9,838 nt of DNA from Clostridia bacterium. Its GTDB lineage: Bacteria > Bacillota > Clostridia > Christensenellales > Aristaeellaceae. The notes beneath the pieces are model-generated. The model was not told the origin of the DNA. It worked only from the letters and a program-made list of their open reading frames with translations, and ran no database searches. The stretch is from the NCBI GenBank assembly GCA_017469605.1, contig JAFUGB010000386.1, positions 1 to 9,838 on the forward strand. Reading direction: 5' to 3'. Positions 7,521 through 9,838 of this stretch are shown here, piece by piece. A program made the translations under genes and the position numbers. Every line of letters begins with the position of its first letter. Positions within the stretch are counted from its first letter, which is position 1.

Positions 7521-8629
7521 TATTGCTTCTCCTTGAATACCCAGCTGTGCTGGATGCGATAATTGACCACATACATGGCTGTATCAATCACGATTTTCAA
7601 CAATATATGCAGGGCGTTGGCGCCGACATAATGATCCAGAAAGCCAAACACCAGCGTAGTAATCGCAAGGCATGCCAGCGCCAGAATGATGTACCGGCGC
7701 ACCGCGTCCTTCCCGCCCCCGGCCTTGAACACAAAATTCTTGTTCAGCAGAAAATTGACCGGCGCCGAGCAAAGGCGCGCGATGGGCGTGGCCACCAGCG
7801 CCTTGAAGCTGAAGGGAATGCCCAGCAGCGTGATATCGGGCTTATCCCTGAATACCCAAAACATCAGCAGGCTCAGCACGGCATAATCGATCAGGAAGGA
7901 AATGATGCTGGAAGCGCTATAGCGGAAAAAGGAGCCCAGCAGCAGCTTGTAAATGCGCCAGCTGTCCCGCAGGGGATGAAAATGGGAGGACTTGTTTTCC
8001 TCCAGGTAAATGGTCTCAATGGAGATGATTTTAAACTGATATTTATGCGCGGCACAGAAAATCAGCATATTCATCTCATACTCAAACCGATCGCCGGAAA
8101 TACTAAGCATATCGTCAAAGCACGCCCGGTTCACGGCGCGCAGGCCGGTTTGGGTATCGGGCAGCCAATGCCCGTACAGGGCGGCGAATACCGTGCTGGT
8201 GACACGATTGCCAAAGATGGAACGCGCGGGGATGTTCTTGTTTTTTGAGGAAAAATCCCGGCTGCCCAGCAGCAGCGCCCGGCCGGTATCAGCCAGCGCA
8301 TCGGCCAGCTTGAGCGTATCGCTGACAATATGCTGGCCATCGGCATCGGCGGTAATAACGCCGTCAAAGCCGGTGTGATCACGGATATAGGCGATGCCGG
8401 TGCGCAGCGCCTGCCCCTTGCCGCGGTTGACCTCATGACGCAGCACATGGCAGCGCTCCCGGGCCTCAATGGCATCAAAGATGGCGTCATACTCCCGGCC
8501 GGAGCCGTCGTTGACCACCAGGATCATGCCAAAATCCGCCGCCAGCAGCGAATCGATATACCGGGGCAGCCGTTCATCGGGCTCCAGGGAGGGGATCAGC
8601 ACACAAAGCTGTTGAGCGTTCATCAGCAT
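7520..8629 (-). CDS. bifunctional family-2 glycosyltransferase / GtrA-family membrane protein (polyprenyl-phosphate sugar synthase type)
   Basis: GT2 catalytic half, nt ~7973-8608: [39 protein letters not shown] (DxD). GtrA-like C-terminal half, nt ~7529-7942, has four hydrophobic helices: [99 protein letters not shown]. The track ORF begins at a TTG (8647). I prefer the ATG at 8629 (AAGGCAGG upstream) or the ATG at 8623, so the start is uncertain by up to 8 codons. The TAA stop at 7520-7522 overlaps the lepA ATG by 1 nt. Confidence 0.88.
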   Translation of the reverse strand: MLMNAQQLCVLIPSLEPDERLPRYIDSLLAADFGMILVVNDGSGREYDAIFDAIEARERCHVLRHEVNRGKGQALRTGIAYIRDHTGFDGVITADADGQHIVSDTLKLADALADTGRALLLGSRDFSSKNKNIPARSIFGNRVTSTVFAALYGHWLPDTQTGLRAVNRACFDDMLSISGDRFEYEMNMLIFCAAHKYQFKIISIETIYLEENKSSHFHPLRDSWRIYKLLLGSFFRYSASSIISFLIDYAVLSLLMFWVFRDKPDITLLGIPFSFKALVATPIARLCSAPVNFLLNKNFVFKAGGGKDAVRRYIILALACLAITTLVFGFLDHYVGANALHILLKIVIDTAMYVVNYRIQHSWVFKEKQ

Positions 8630-8684
8630 ACCTGCCTTACATTCCAAATGGACAAAGCGCGCGCATCATCCGTGCTTTCTTTGT

Positions 8685-8713
8685 ATCATACCATTTTTTT
8701 CCCGCTTTCACAA
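8685..8713 (-). promoter_or_regulatory. sigma-A-type promoter for the GT2/GtrA-lepA unit
   Basis: Read on the minus strand: TTGTGA (complement of 8708-8713), 17-nt spacer, TGG-TATGAT (extended -10; TATGAT is the complement of 8685-8690). About 55 nt upstream of the preferred start codon. Confidence 0.5.
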
Positions 8714-8744
8714 GCCCTGATCTGCGCCGGGCATGAACCTGCCC

Positions 8745-8773
8745 TTGCCATTTCAATCAATGACTGCTATAAT
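8745..8773 (+). promoter_or_regulatory. sigma-A-type promoter for the membrane-anchored protein gene
   Basis: TTGCCA (8745-8750), 17-nt spacer, TGC-TATAAT (extended -10; TATAAT at 8768-8773). An AAGGAG SD at 8805-8810 lies 8 nt before the ATG at 8819. Confidence 0.6.
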
Positions 8774-8818
8774 ATATTGAAACATTTTTCTATTTTTCTG
8801 TGTCAAGGAGTAACCAGC

Positions 8819-9838
8819 ATGGCTGATATATTGGATCACGATATGAATCAATCGCCTGAGCAGGCGCAGCCCGCCGCGCCCTATGTGCGCCATCGGCGGT
8901 CTGACCGCCACCGGATGCCCGCTGAGGAAACCGCCGCGCCGGACGCTGCTGAAACCAAGGTGGTACCCGCTGTGCGTTCCGCCAACGCGGACACAGGCAG
9001 CGTCCAGGGACCCACCCGCGTGATGCCCGCCATGAACCCCGAACGGATCGTGCGCCGGGAAACCAGCTTTGATCCCCTTACACAGGGCAATGCCGCGCCC
9101 GCGGGCGTGCCCCCCGTCAAGCGTCCCCCTGCGGAAGATACGCCGGTATATGGCGGGGATGACCTGCCCGAGACCGTTTCCGCGTATTCTCCCCGGGATG
9201 CCCAACTGGAGGATCAGCCCTATCCCGACGATTCCGATTATTATGACGAAGAGGACGGGCCCCGCAGCCGCCCCTGGCTGCTGGCGCTGGTCTGCCTGGT
9301 CATACTGCTGGTATTGTTTGCGCTGGGCATGGTGTTTTTGCCTAAGGTGATTGACCGTCCCCGGGATGGCGGCGGCTTTGCCGGCGCGCTCTACGATCTC
9401 AGGGACAGGCTGGGCAGCCTGGTGGGCGCCCAGGGCGAGCCTGCCGAAATCCATCTGTTCCAGACTGCCAGCACCAGCGCCAACGTGGGCAGCCAAATGC
9501 AGTTCAGCATCACCACCACCAAAGCCGTGCAGAACGTGGGCTTGGCCGACAGCGCGGGCAACCTGCTGCCCAGCTCCAGCCAGTGTAAGGATGATGATGA
9601 GCACACCACCTGGCTGGTCACCATTCGCTTTGAGCGTCCCTACGTGGATGATATTTACGCCGCCATTCAGGAAAAGGATACCTGGCGGCAGACAGACAGC
9701 AAGCTGAGCCTGGTGGTGGTGGATCCAACCCCGGTACCGACCCTGGCGCCCACGCCCACCCCGGCGCCCACCGAGCCGCCGATCTTTGTATCCAATGCTC
9801 CCGCTGTGATCCCCGAGACCCAGGCGCCTACCCTTGCA
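8819..9838 (+). CDS. single-pass membrane protein of unknown function with a Pro/Ala-rich disordered N-terminus; first 340 codons, continues beyond the right window edge
   Basis: Hand translation from ATG 8819 is open to the window end: MADILDHDMNQSPEQAQPAAPYVRHRRSDRHRMPAEE... The frame shows GC-rich third positions, and a strong SD and promoter lie upstream. Acidic patch PDDSDYYDEEDG. One hydrophobic helix, WLLALVCLVILLVLFALGMVFL (aa ~152-174, nt 9272-9340). A ~95-aa segment with an alternating beta-strand-like pattern (EIHLFQTASTSANVGSQMQFSITTTKAVQNVGLAD...TWLVTIRFERP...KLSLVVVD). A Pro/Thr linker, DPTPVPTLAPTPTPAPTEPP (nt 9722-9781). Not in the ORF track because there is no stop in the window. 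I recognise no catalytic motif. Confidence 0.72.
   Translation, partial: MADILDHDMNQSPEQAQPAAPYVRHRRSDRHRMPAEETAAPDAAETKVVPAVRSANADTGSVQGPTRVMPAMNPERIVRRETSFDPLTQGNAAPAGVPPVKRPPAEDTPVYGGDDLPETVSAYSPRDAQLEDQPYPDDSDYYDEEDGPRSRPWLLALVCLVILLVLFALGMVFLPKVIDRPRDGGGFAGALYDLRDRLGSLVGAQGEPAEIHLFQTASTSANVGSQMQFSITTTKAVQNVGLADSAGNLLPSSSQCKDDDEHTTWLVTIRFERPYVDDIYAAIQEKDTWRQTDSKLSLVVVDPTPVPTLAPTPTPAPTEPPIFVSNAPAVIPETQAPTLA

Noticed and set aside
5640-7562. Plus-strand 640-aa ORF
   Set aside because: It is exactly antisense to lepA and starts inside the terminator hairpin. The translation is Gly/Ala/His/Leu-rich with no family signature.
7514-9604. ORFs 7514-8248 (+, 244 aa) and 8753-9604 (-, 283 aa)
   Set aside because: They lie antisense to the GT2/GtrA gene and to the membrane-protein gene respectively. 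The 8753-9604 ORF would also run through the plus-strand promoter and SD. Composition is shadow-like.
1-9838. Search for CRISPR repeats, IS/transposon inverted repeats, integrase, transposase or toxin-antitoxin genes, tRNA/rRNA, and defence-system hallmarks
   Set aside because: None found. The non-coding DNA totals about 600 bp in four gaps (1157-1167, 2239-2467, 5537-5711, 8630-8818), each explained by promoters, coupling or a terminator. All six genes have ordinary housekeeping, signalling or envelope identities, and no compositional break is visible by eye.

Overview
High-GC (roughly 55-60% by eye), Clostridia-like chromosomal segment with AGGAG-type Shine-Dalgarno sites and sigma-A-type promoters. 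It is almost entirely coding. I support six protein genes in four transcription blocks. (1) Minus strand: prfA (1168-2238), then DNA topoisomerase III (1-1156, runs off the left edge). (2) Plus strand: a 1022-aa c-di-GMP signalling protein (2468-5536) with the order REC / degenerate GGDEF / EAL / PAS-like / PAS-like / intact GGDEF. (3) Minus strand: a GT2-GtrA fusion glycosyltransferase (7520-8629), then lepA (5712-7520), joined by a 1-nt TAATG overlap. (4) Plus strand: a membrane-anchored proline-rich protein (8819 to the right edge). The two edge-truncated genes are missing from the ORF track; I recovered them by hand translation. Most other long ORFs in the track are antisense shadow ORFs typical of GC-rich DNA. 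The four intergenic gaps total about 600 bp. They are accounted for by two back-to-back divergent promoter regions, one 11-nt coupling junction and one long perfect hairpin between convergent genes. I see no rRNA, tRNA, CRISPR array, transposase, integrase or defence-island signature. This looks like a core housekeeping neighbourhood, and I cannot support a new multi-gene system here. The most unusual object is the six-domain c-di-GMP protein, where an EAL domain sits between a degenerate and an intact GGDEF. Secondary curiosities are the prfA-topB and GT2/GtrA-lepA couplings and the uncharacterised envelope protein divergent from the glycosyltransferase.
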